Assembly: GCA_039096225.1 (NCBI GenBank)
Contig: JBBPEB010000026.1
Span: forward strand, 496,001-560,000
Length of the DNA stretch: 64,000 nt
Source: Blastocystis sp. Blastoise
Taxonomy: Eukaryota; Protista; Bigyra: Opalinata
Direction: 5' to 3'
A program made the position numbers and the translations under genes. The notes beneath the pieces were generated by a model that saw only the letters and a list, made by a program, of their open reading frames with translations, ran no database searches and was not told the DNA's origin. How positions within the stretch are numbered: the stretch's first letter is position 1; each line of letters begins with the position of its first letter. Positions 1-13,400 of the stretch are shown piece by piece.

Positions 1-3000
1 TTTATTTGCTATCGTCAGATTTGAGAGTGTATTTATATTATCCTATACTATTTATATTTAAATAATTATGTATTATACACTTTATTCTTAGAATTGTTAT
101 CTTTTTCTTTGTATATCTTTTTTTTAGTAATTTTATTTTATTATAGGTCATTCATGAATATGATCCATGGTTTAATTACAGAGCTTCCAAGTACTTTTCT
201 TGGGCTGGTCCTTATGACTTTTTAAATTGGTTTGATGATCGTTCTTGGTATCCCCTTGGTCGTATTGTAGGAGGTACTGTTTATCCTGGAATGATGGTTA
301 CTTCTGCTATTATTCATTATGTCTTAAATCTTTTATCATTTACTATTCAAGTTCGTAATGTATGTGTTTTCTTAGCTCCTATTTTTGCTTGTGCTACTTG
401 TATTGCTACATTCTTACTAACCAGAGAAGTATATATAATTTATATATATTTATATTTAATTGTAATTTTTTTTTATTAAATTCTATTTATTATCATAATA
501 TTCATATAGACTTCTCGTAGAACTTCTACTGCTTTATTAGCAGCTGCTTTTGTTGGTTTAGTTCCTTCTTATATTTCTCGTTCTGTTGGTGGTTCTTATG
601 ATTATGAAGCTGTTGCTATTTTTGCTATGTTATTCACTTTCTATTTATGGGTTAAAGTAAATCTATTTATTATTATTATTTATTATTATTATTAATTTTT
701 TTTATTTTGATATATATAATAATAATTATTATTATTATATATATAGTCTGTGAATACTGGTTCTTTATTAGTATCTGCTTGTTGTGCTCTTTCCTATTTC
801 TATATGGTTTCCTCTTGGGGTGGTTATGTATTTATTATTAATATTATTCCTATCTATGTAGCTCTTATGGTCCTTATACGTATATATTTATATTTATTAT
901 ATATTATTATATATTATATTATTATATATTATTATATTATTATATATTATTATATTTATTATATTTATTATATTTATTATATTTATTATATATTATTATA
1001 TATTATTATATTATATAATATAGGTCGTTATAGTCAAAGATTATATATTGCTTATACTACTTTTTATATTCTCGGATCTATTCTTGCCATGCAAGTTCCT
1101 TTTGTTGGTTTTAACGTAGTGAAACAGGCTGAATGTATTTTAAGTCATGGTGTATTTATTGGTCTTCAATGTATATATTATTATTATTATCATATTTATT
1201 ATATTATATTATATTTATTATATTTATATTATATTCATTATATATAATATATACTATATATATATACTCTATAGTCTATGCTATATTAACTTTTGCATAT
1301 GATCGTCTTCCTCTTAAATATTATAAGCGTCTTCTTATAATTATATTCTCTATCTTAGTCTTCCTTATTATTTCTCTTGTTCTTATTCAAATATTTGGGT
1401 ATTCATTCATATATATATATATATAATAATTATTACTATTATTATCATTGATATATTCTAAATATTTATTATTATTCTTTATATTCAATAAATAAATAAT
1501 TATATATATATATATAGTATTACTCGTTGGACAGGTCGTTCATTAACTTTATTAGATCCTACATATGCTACTAAATATATACCTATTATTGCTTCTGTCT
1601 CCGAACATCAACCTACTACGTGGACATCATTCTTCTTTGATTTACAAGTTTTAGTTCCTCTTGCACCTGTTGGATTATTCTTATTATTTAAAGATTTATC
1701 AGATGGAAGAATATTTATTATTATTTATGGTACTTTCTCATGGTATTTTGCAGGTATATATTCTTTATATTTTACTGTTATACTTATTATTATTATTAAT
1801 ATATATTATATATATATTTTATATATTATATTGAGTATACTTATTATACTTATTATACTTATTATATAGGTGTTATGGTTCGTTTGATGTTACCATTAGC
1901 TCCAGTTGTGTGTATTCTTGCTGCTGAAGGTTTTTCAGCTCTTTTAAGACGTTATATCGCTGTATTAAAACATAGTGGAAAGAAAGTAAATGAAAATGAT
2001 AATAATAATGAAACTGTTCCTACTTATTCTGCTTCTCTTCCTATTGGAGTTATTGCTTTATGCTTTGGTTTACTGGTATTCTTCTTATTCCATAGTGTAT
2101 TTGCTGCTTCTGAAGCTTATTCTTCTCCTTCTATCGTTATTGGTATGGATTAGCTTATTTTTTTTTATATATTATATATTATTTTTATATATTATTATTA
2201 TTTATTATTATTAAATTATTATATTATTATTATTATATTATTATTATTATTTATATTCATATATATTGCTAGTCGTAGAAGAGATGGTAGTCGTGCTATT
2301 ATGGATGATTATAGAGAAGCTTATAGTTGGATGAGAATGAATACACCAGAACATAGCAAGTTTTTATCCTGGTATGCTTATTTATTTATTATTTATTTAT
2401 TTATTTATTTATTATGTATTTATTTATTATTTATTTATTATGTATTTATTTATTATGTATTTATTTATTTATTATTTATTATTTATTATTTATTATTTAT
2501 TATTTATTTATTTATTTTTTATTATTTATTATTTATTATTATTCTTATTATACATATATATAGGTGGGATTATGGTTATCAAATGGCTGGTATGGGTAAT
2601 AGAACTGTTATTGTAGATAATAATACTTGGAATAATACACATATTGCTACTGTGGGTAGAGTATATTATTATTTTTATGATTATTATGATTATTATGATT
2701 ATTATTATGTTTATTATTATTTTTATTATGATTATTATTATGATTATTATTATGATTATTATGATTATTATTCATATAACTATATATATATATATATACT
2801 AGGCTTTAGCAAGTGATGAAGATCGTGCATATCCTATATTACAATCCCTAGATGTAGATTATGTATTAGTTGTATTTGGAGGATATATAGGATATAGTGG
2901 AGATGATATTAATAAATTCTTATGGATGGTCCGAATTGCTGCTGGAGTTTATCCCGATGAAATTCAAGAAAGTAATTATTATGCTGGAGGTGCTGTATAT

Positions 3001-4065
3001 ATATATATATATATATATATTATTTATTTATTTATGATATTTTTTTTTGATAAAAATAATAATAATTATTATTTTTTTTTTAATTTATATATTAATATAT
3101 ATCTTTATTAACATTTTATTTTTACTGTGTATATTATAGTATTATTATTCTTCTTATTATTATTATATATATAATAGTATCGTATTGATTCAGAAGGTGC
3201 TCCTACTTTATTGAATAGTGTTATGTATAAATTATCATATTATCGTTTTGGTGAAGTTCATATTGACCCTTCTAAGCCTGCTGGTTATGATGTACTCAGA
3301 GAACAAGTTGCTGGGGTATATATTTATATATATTTATATATATAATATTCTAATTGTTTTTAAAGTAATAAAAATAATATATATATATATATATATTAAA
3401 TAATTTCAAATTTTCTTTTATTGCCTACTATAATTATATATATATATATATATAGTATCAAAATTATAAATTAAAACATTTTGAAGAAGCATTTACTTCT
3501 GAACATTGGATTATACGTATATTTAAAGTAAAGAAAGATAATGCTATTGATCCTTCTCCTGAAAGAGCCAGAGCTATTGAATTAGAACAAAGAAAAATTG
3601 GTATATATATTTTATTATTAGTATTATATTTATTATATATATTATATATATTATATTTATTATATTATTTATTATATTATTTATTATATTATTTATTATA
3701 TTATTTATTATATTTATTATTATATTTATTATTATTAATATACATATTATATATAGAATCTGGTGTATCTTCTCTTCCTGAATATAAATATATTGGCTGT
3801 ACTGCATCTGAGAATGTATTTAGTTCTGATAAAGTATATGAAGGTGGTACTACAGGTAGTAGTTATAATTTAGCTATAAATCATGCTGCTAAGAATAAGA
3901 AGAAGTATGTCGCTATAGCTAGATATGGACAAGATGGTCATGTTTTTGCTTTTAATACATTACAAGCTATATTAGAAAAAGATGTAGATAAAGAAGGATG
4001 TGAAAGAGTATGCTTAGATGAAAGAGATAAGAAATGTGGTTGTAGCGATAGTGCTTGTACTGGTA

Positions 4066-4107
<42 letters not shown>

Positions 4108-4327
4108 TATTCATTATTTTTTTTATTTATTTATTAAATATTTTCATATTGTATTTTTCTTCTTATATAATTAAAAAGTTATTATTATTATATTATTTCT
4201 ATATATATATATATATACTATTATAGGTAGAGTTAAGGGTGAAAAGAATGTTCGTCGTTGGGCTGTATATGAACGTGTTAAGAAATCAAGTTCTAAACGT
4301 TCTTCTAGAACTCAAAGAAAACATTAA
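1..4327 (+). CDS. STT3: Oligosaccharyltransferase catalytic subunit STT3, 5'-truncated, 14 introns in window, with C-terminal Cys-rich extension
   Basis: Spliced translation gives RFES|[47 protein letters not shown]|[47 protein letters not shown]; stop TAA 4325-4327. Confidence 0.97.
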
Positions 4328-4442
4328 TATTTATAATAATGTGATTTTTGTATAATCTTATTATTTCTTATTTTCCTAGTCAATTTTACTATAATAATAA
4401 TATATATAGTTCTCGTTTTTTGAAACATTTTTTATAAATATT

Positions 4443-4450
4443 TGTTTGTT
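4443..4450 (+). promoter_or_regulatory. TGTTTGTT candidate 3'-end processing element downstream of STT3
   Basis: Exact match to the motif known just downstream of poly(A) sites in Blastocystis, ~115 nt after the stop; related motifs follow other genes. Confidence 0.4.
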
Positions 4451-4663
4451 TCAATTTTGAAAGATTTTTTATTCACAATTCTAAAATATAGACGCATTCC
4501 GTCAATTCAGTAATAAATAAAAAAAAAATTGATTTATATATTCATTAATATTATTTTAAACAAAACAAATTGTATATGAGAGAATTGAACATAAAAATAA
4601 ATAACAAATGAACACAAAAAAGAAACAACAACAACAATAATTTTATATATGTTATAAATATAA

Positions 4664-6991
4664 TTATTCCATATTAAAAACACTATTTGCTTTGGTAGTT
4701 TGTGAATTAGAAACAATTTTCTTTTCTTCTTCTTTAAATTTATTCTTTAATTCTTTCTTTTGTTGTCTCTTTATACGTTGTGCTTCTTTAGCAGCAGCTT
4801 TTCTTGCTTTCTTTTCTTCTTTTGTTTCTGATTTATCACGTTTAGTTATTACATCAGGTAAAACTACTTCATTTTCTTCTTCTTCTTCTTCTTCTTTCAT
4901 ATCATCTTCAGATATTTCTTCTTCTTTTTCTCTTATAGGTAAACCAGTTTTTTTACTCAATTTAATAATCTTAGGCTTTCGTTTTATTCTATAATAATAA
5001 TAGAAAATAGAACTATTATATTAACATATAATATTTAAATATATAATAATAATAAAAACAATAATAATAATACTATATACTTAATAATATGAGGATGGTT
5101 TTCTGTATTACTATATGTACTACAAATACTTTCAGCATCAAAATCATCATTTTCTTTTGGTTCATCCATATCCATCTGCTTAAATTGTTCGTCATCCGAA
5201 TCTGAATCGATCTGAATATCAGCTTGAATAGCATCAGGATTTGAAATACTTAATGTTTTCATTTTATCAGCAAAAGAAATTGAAGTATCATTATCATTAG
5301 TAGTATTATTAGTATTAGATAATTCCGATTCTTCTTTTCTATTATTAAATTCATCGACTTTACCTTGATCTAAATCTTTAAAGAAATTCTTATTTTGTTT
5401 TTCAGTTATAAACTCATCTAAAATTTCATTAAATATTCCATCATTATTAAGTATATGACCTTGTTGTTCTTCTCCTTCATATAACTCATCATCCTTATAA
5501 TCTTTTATTACCTATATAAAATAAATATTTAGATTAAATAATATAATAAATATAATCATATATAACAATAATAAAAATAATAATAAACAATAAATATAAT
5601 ATATATATACAACATCAAAATAATTATCAATATCTCGTTTTTCTCTTTGATCATTATCATCACTATATTCATAATCACTACTATATATTATAATAATAAT
5701 AATAATAATAATATAGTATAGAGTATAGTATCATACTATATTTCATCTTCATCATAATCATCATAATCATCATAATCACCTTCATTATTATTATTATCAT
5801 GATCTATAGTATCATCTATAATATCATCTTCATCATAATCTATATCATCTTCATCATAATCTAAATCATCTATATCTTCCATTTCTACTCCATATTTCTT
5901 ATCTTTCTCTTCTTGTTCTGCTAATAATTTACGTATATGCGCTTGAAAATCATAAGTAATTTCATCACTTTCTTTATTAGCATCCTTAATAAATTGATCC
6001 ATAATGGTCTCTTCATCTAAATTTAAATCATTCTTATCAACATCTTCATCATCATCACTAAAATCTATATAAGTATCACTATTCTCGGCTTTCTCTATTA
6101 CATCTAATAATTCTTGATCTACTTCATCTATAGATATATTATTATAATTATATTATTATAATTATAATATTACATTATTATGATTATTATGATTATATAT
6201 ATACATTCTTTAAGATCAACAGCTTCCATTAATTTATGTGTTTTTAAATATTCAGGACGAAGTTCTTCAGGTAATTCGGTTTTTCCTTTATAAACAAATC
6301 CATCATCAACAATAGCACCACCGGCAGCAACGAAAACACCACTTTCATCTATATATAGAATAACAATATATATAGAATAAACAATATATATAGAATAAAC
6401 AATATATATAGAATAAACAATATATATAGAATAAACAATATATATATATTATAAACAATATATATAGAATAAACATAATAATATATAGAATAAACAATAT
6501 ATATATATATATAATAAACATAATAATACAAATACATACCAATGGGTCTTAAATGTTTTGAATAATCATATCCATCAAGAGGGAAACCATCAATATCTGT
6601 ATTTTGACCAGCCATAATGATTTTATTTTCCTTAGGAATATCATTTTCTTCAATATCTTTCTTTGTTTCCTCCTTTGGAGTTTCAGAAATAGTCTCATTA
6701 GCATTTTCATCTGGATTCTGGAATTCTCCAAATATAGAACCACCACCAATACCGCCACTAGCAATATAAGGTGCAAACTCTTTCATTTTAGAAGCTTTCT
6801 TTTGATCCTTATAACTTTTAGGGACTAAGACTAGCTTACTGAATCCTTGATTATACAAAGGATCTTCTATATTTCTATGCATCAACTCAAAAGTGACACC
6901 CTTGTCCTTCTTTTTACCACCATTTTTACCCTATATATAAAAATAAGCATCATATAGATCTAGAAAGAGAATCAATCAATTAGTATACCAT
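4664..6991 (-). CDS. LTV1: LTV1 pre-40S ribosome biogenesis factor (6 introns)
   Basis: M|GKNGGKKKDKGVTFELMHRNIEDPLY; DGYDYSKHLRPI; FDAESICSTYSNTENHPHIIK; KLSKKTGLP; RDKSETKEEKKARKAAAKEAQRIKRQQKK; all junctions GT-AG and in phase. Confidence 0.9.
6350..6520. repeat. Intronic 18-nt minisatellite in LTV1
   Basis: Tandem TATAGAATAAACAATATA units, degenerating outward. Confidence 0.85.
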
Positions 6992-7427
6992 TTTAACGAG
7001 TATTCGTTCGTAAACACAACAAAATAAATTATTATATATTTTTATGGTTATTTATTATTCTTAAGAAACAATGATTCCCGTAAGAATACAAATTTTTCTA
7101 AGCAGAGTTTTTGTAATGAAAAGTGATATTCTTCCTACCCGAAATGAACAAAACACATGACAACAAGGAATATTCTTCATTCTGTAAAAATTTACTTAAA
7201 AAGAAATATCCGTGGTTCTATGTTTAAGAGTAGCTCTTTTTAACAATTATTCATGATTTCCGTATCCATTCGACATATTTTCAATAAATAAAAATTCCTG
7301 TGATTATTTTGTTATTTTTGCTAGTTTTATGCTTATTCCCGCAACTTGAGTGTTTTTGCTTCTGGAAATGAAAAAGATGTTATGAAAGAAATACTCAATT
7401 TTATATTGTAAATTCAAGGTTTATAAT
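6992..7427. promoter_or_regulatory. Putative bidirectional promoter between divergent LTV1 and dynein heavy chain
   Basis: Only ~436 bp between head-to-head ATGs; microsatellite-free, unlike the introns. Confidence 0.5.
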
Positions 7428-10400
7428 ATGAGTGATCCTGCTGGATTTAATAATTTGATAGCATTTATATCAAGTATGTCTCATAAATATATTTAAAAAT
7501 GAAAACAAACTATGTTTTTTAAAAATCATTCTCTATATAGATGCTATTCAAATCGTTATTGAAGGAATGTCCTCTACGGAGGTCATTAGTGCATTGAATC
7601 ACGATTCAATTCGTCCTTCTGTCGTTTCGTTTTGCTCCGAAAATGAATCATCGCTTTTATTAAGAAAGAAAACTGAACAAGAAATTGAAAGTATATAAAT
7701 ATAACTTTTTTTTAAAATTAATATATGATGATTAATATAGATCTTGGTGCTGTACCTGCTCTTGTTGTTAGTAAAACAGTAGAATTTGTGAATCACGAAT
7801 GTGCTGGTGTTATTTTCTTTAAAACTCAACCTGGTCAACTTGATCTTAATCATTCTCTTGCTGCTCAATTACAAATAATCTATTTAGATGAAGAATATAG
7901 TGAAGAAGATAAAAAAGAAGATGGTGTAGTGTATGTTTATGTTGTTATGTTATTTATATTATTTATATTATTATTTATATTATTATTATTTATTTTATTA
8001 TTTATAGTATTATTTATATTTATTTATATTATTATTTATATATATATAGTGAAGAAAAGAGTTCAACTGGTATTAATCCAGTAACTATTTTTCAATCTTA
8101 TTTATCAAATGCATTAACACCTTTATTAAGTAGTTTTATTACTGTAGATAAAAAAGATGATACTGATTCAAGTATGCTTTTAAAGAAAATTAATGAATTA
8201 GAAGTGGCTTTAAATCAATATCAACAAAATATGGAAATTCCTGAAGTATATATAATATTATTTATTTATTATTATATATTATTTTTTATTATTTATTATT
8301 ATTTAAAAGAATATAAATAAATATATATAATCATAATAATCATAATAATACCTATTATATATAGATTCATCTTCAATATCATGCTTTAATAAAGAATGCT
8401 GCTCAATTATGTTATGAGAAGAAGACCTTATTAACCTTAAAAGAAGTAGGATTAGAAGAAGCTATACAAGATAATACATTTATTAATAAATTACAAGAAG
8501 GTGTGAATAGATGGGTTAAAGAAATACAAAAAGTAACAAAACTGAAAAGAGAAGTTATTGGTGGATCTACTTTACAAGAAGTTAATTTTTGGAATTCGAT
8601 GGAACGTGCTTTATTAGATATTCAAGAAAAACAACAATCTTATGAAGTCCAATTAACATTAAATTGTTTAAAAGCTGCTCGTAGAACTTTAGCTGTTATG
8701 ACATTTGAAAATGATACTGGTTTAATTACTACACAAAATAAAGTTAAAGATATTATGGAATTAATGCGTAATTTCCCAATTGATGCTATTCTTGCTGCAC
8801 CTACATTAGAAGACTTAGATAGTGCCATTGTTAATGTTTTTATTCATCTTAAAAAAGTATATATATATTTTTTGTATTATTTATTTTTATTTTATATTAT
8901 TTATTTATTATTATTATTTATTTATTTATAATATTTTAAATATAATTATATATATAAATATAGTTCCGTAATATATCCTCTTATCCTATTGCAAGTGCTG
9001 GTGAATTAGTGAACAGTATTAGTCGTGATATAACAGATCGTTTATATAAATTATTACCTTCTAAAAATATAATGTCTATTCCTATTACTGATTTTGATCA
9101 TTTAAGTTTACAAATGAAGAAGATTATTAATAATATAGAAAGTGGTATTATTAGTACACGTGATGAAATATTAAGAGATTATCAAAAAAGAACAAATCAA
9201 AGTGGTGTTGTTAAATATAATTTCACATATCCATTATTAAATAATCGTTTTATTGAAATATATCAATTCCGTAAAAATCATGAACAATTTCGTTCTATTT
9301 TAATTAAAGTCATGGATGGCGGTGCTGATAGTATTCAAATACAACAAGTATATATATATATTTTTGTTTTATTATTATTATTATTATTTTATTTTTTTTA
9401 TTATTATTTTTTTTTATTTTATATTTTTTATATTATTTATATCTATTTATTATTTTATTATTATTTAATATTTCAAGTATAATTATAATTAAATAAATAA
9501 ATAAATAAAAATTCATATATTTATAGTTAGATTCTGCTTATCGTCCATTTTTAGGTATAAATGCATTAGATACAAGTAGTGATGGTACTTCAATGTGGAA
9601 ATTATTACAACAAGAATATGATCAACAAATAGATGAAGTAGAAAAACAAATTATTATTAATTTAAAAGAAAAATTATCAAATACAAAAACATCTGATGAA
9701 ATGTTTAGAGTATTTAAACGATTTAATGCATTATTTGTACGTCCAAGAATTCAAGGTGCTATACAACAATTTCAATCTCAATTAATTAAACAAGTACGTG
9801 AAGATATGGAACAATTACAACATAAATTTAAAGATCCTTATAAGAATAGTGAAGCTGCTTTAATGAGTAAAGTACATGATATACCTCCTGTATCTGGTAA
9901 TGTTATATGGAATAGACAAATAGAAGCACAATTATATAAATATAGACAAAGATTAGCTACTATTTTAGGAGATAGTTGGACTACACATCCTGAAGGTAGA
10001 TTATTACAAGAACAAAGTGAAAATTTTATAAGACGTTTATCAACAAAATCTATGGTAGAAAAATGGTTTTCACAAATGGAGTCTATACAATTTAATTTTA
10101 ATGTACCTTTATTTACTATACAAGAACAAGGATTATCAGGATTAGTATTAACTGTTAATTTTGATCCTGCTGCTATTACTTTATTTAAAGAAATACGTAA
10201 TTTAAAATGGTTAGGATTTCGTTTACCTATTACAACAAGAATGATTGCTGATAATGCACGTACATTATATCCACTTGCTATGTCCTTACAAGATAGTTTA
10301 AATACTTATCAAATGACTATTAAACAATTAATTGATGATACACCATTATTAGTTTCACAAAATCATAGTCAAATACATGAATTTTTTAATGAATTATTAA

Positions 10401-13400
10401 ATAAAAATATTACTTGGTCTACACCTAATGTAGAATCTCGTGTACAAAAATTTGCTAGTTTAACAGATTCATTTAATGATAAAGTAAATGAAGTTATTAA
10501 TAATGTAAAATTAATAAAAGATTTAACAAAAGAATTAAAAACATGTCCATTTGAAAAAGGTGCTTTTGCTAATAAAATTGATGATTTACAAAATATTATA
10601 ACAAAAATGGATTTATTAGCATGTTCTAATTTAACTATATATTGTTCAAAATTAGATAAAGAAATTGAGTCTATTTTATTAGAACGTTTAAATAAAGCTA
10701 TTAAAACATGGATTGATGTATTTACTATAATTTGTTCACCTGATGCTAATGAACAATTTGCTCAAAAGAAAGAAGATGAATTTGGTGAACCATTTTTAGT
10801 ATCTCAAATGAAAGCATTTGAAGGTTATCATAGTATAGAAATGAAAGGAACTCAATTAACTGTAGAACCTCCTGTTTCAGATACTAGAACTACTTGGTTA
10901 AATCATTTAATGTCTACTATAGATATTATTATTAATTTACCTAGATTAAGAGGTATTGTTAGTATGAATGAAATAGAAAATTTACCTAGAAATAAACGTA
11001 CTTATTGTGATTTAATTTCTCAAGTAAATCCTGAATTTTTTAATACTGCAATATTAAATATAGAAAATTTAGTAAATCAAGTACAATCATATGTACAAAC
11101 ATGGTTAAAATTTCAAGTATTATGGGATGTTAATCCATCAGAAATTGCTGATAAATTAGAAGATAATTTTGATACATGGCAAGAAGTATTAGTAGAAGTT
11201 ACTTTAGCTAGAAAGAATTTTGATAGTCCTGAGACAGAAAAATTAATAGGACCTGTAGTCATTGATTTTCAACAAGTACAAGCAAAAATGCAATTAAGAT
11301 ATGATGCATTACATAAAGAATTATTATCAAGATTTAGTCATATATTAAAAGATTCTATGAATACTTATATAAATGATTTAACTACTACTCGTGCTTTATT
11401 AGAAAGTCGTACATTTGATGCACCTGTTAGTGAAGCTGTTGAATTAGTATTTTATACAAATGAAATACAAAAGAAAATACCTATTTGGGAATCACAATTA
11501 ACTACATATCAAAAAGTCAATAGTTTATTACATAAACAACGTTTTCAATTTCCTAATAATTGGTTATCTATTTCACAAGTAGAAGGTGAATGGTCTGCAT
11601 TATCACAAATTAATTCACGTAAATATGAAGCATTACAACATGCATTCCCTGAATTAAAATTAAAAATTAATGAAGAAGATCATAATATACAATTAAAATT
11701 ATCTACTTTAATATCTGATTGGAATGAACAAAAACCATTAGATGGTTCAATACCTTGTATGACAGCTGTATCATTATTATCTAATTTTGATACACGTATA
11801 AATACATTATCAGAATCATGGACTAAATGTAATAAAGGTAAAGAAGCTTTAGGTTTAGATGTAGAATTAGAAAATCCTTTAGAATCTATACATGTAGAAT
11901 TAAAAGGATTACAAGAAATGTGGACACTTATTGCTCCTTATTGGGATATTATTAATAGATTAATGGAATCTACATGGGCATCTGTTATTCCTAAACAAAT
12001 AAAAACTCAATTAGATAATATATCTCAACAGATGGAAGATTGTCCTAATCGTATTATGCAATATGAAGCATTTATTTATTTAAAAGATTTTGTTACTCGT
12101 TATGCACGTAGTTATAAATTTTTATTAGCTATAAAAGAATCACCCTTAAAAGATAGACATTGGAATGATATATTTAAAATTATTAATTATAAAAATACTA
12201 TTAATAATTTAACTTTAGGTGATTTTTGGAAATATGATTTAAAGAAAATAGAAAAACCAATAAATGAAGTATTAGCTGTTGCTCAAGGTGAAATGGCGTT
12301 AGAAAATTTCTTAAATGATATTAAGACAACATGGAATAATTGGATATTAGAATTAGCTGTATATCATAATAAAACAAAATTAATTAAAGGTTGGGATTTC
12401 TTCCAAAAGATGGATGAACATATATCTTCATTACAAGGTATGAAACAATCACGTTTTTATAAAATATTCCAAGATGAAGCAGAAACATGGGATAATAAAT
12501 TAAATCAAATGCATGTTATATTTGATATGTGGATAGATGTACAAAGACGTTGGATATATTTAGAAGGTATTTTTATGGGTAGTGCTGATATTAAACAACA
12601 ATTACCTAATGAATATACTAGATTTAAAACAATTGATGCTGATTTTATAGGATTAATGAAAAAAGTAGCTCAAAATCCTAATATTATAGAAGTATATAAT
12701 ATAAAAGATTTAAATAGAATATTAGAAAGATTAGGTGATTTATTAACTAAAGTAGAAAAAGCATTAGGTGAATATTTAGATAAACAAAGATTAGCATTTA
12801 GTCGTTTTTATTTTGTTGGTGATGAAGATTTATTAGAAATTATAGGTAATAGTGCTAATCCAGCTAAAGTACAAAGACATTTAAATAAAATGTTTATGGG
12901 TATAAATCATTTAATATTAGAAACAAGAGAAAATAAATTACCTTTAATTAAAGGTATGACAAGTAAAGAAGGTGAAACAGTAATGTTTATTAATCCTGTT
13001 GATATAGAAGAAGATCCTAAAGTAGTATCCTGGTTAAGTAAAGTAGAACAAAGTATGCAAAATACTGTAGCTTCTTTATTAGATAATGCTATTAATGAAA
13101 TTAATGAAATGACTACATTTAGAACAGAAACATATTTAAGATGGGCTAGAAAATATCCTGCACAAATTATTATTTTATGTACACAAATATTATGGTCTAA
13201 TATGATAGAAAAAGCATATACAAGTAATAATCCTACAATAGAAACACAACATGTATTAGATTATATAGATTTAGTATTAAATACATTAGCTGATCAAGTT
13301 ATGAAACCATTACCTATAGATGAAAGAAAGAAATATGAACAATTAATTAATGAACATGTCTATCAACGTAATAGTACTGTTACTTTAATTCGTGAAAAAG

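Noticed and set aside
4692-4994. Ser/Phe-rich + strand ORF
   Set aside because: Antisense shadow of the Glu/Lys-rich last exon of LTV1.
6350-6520. Regularly spaced repeats resembling a CRISPR array
   Set aside because: Head-to-tail minisatellite without unique spacers, inside a spliceosomal intron of a eukaryotic gene; no cas genes.
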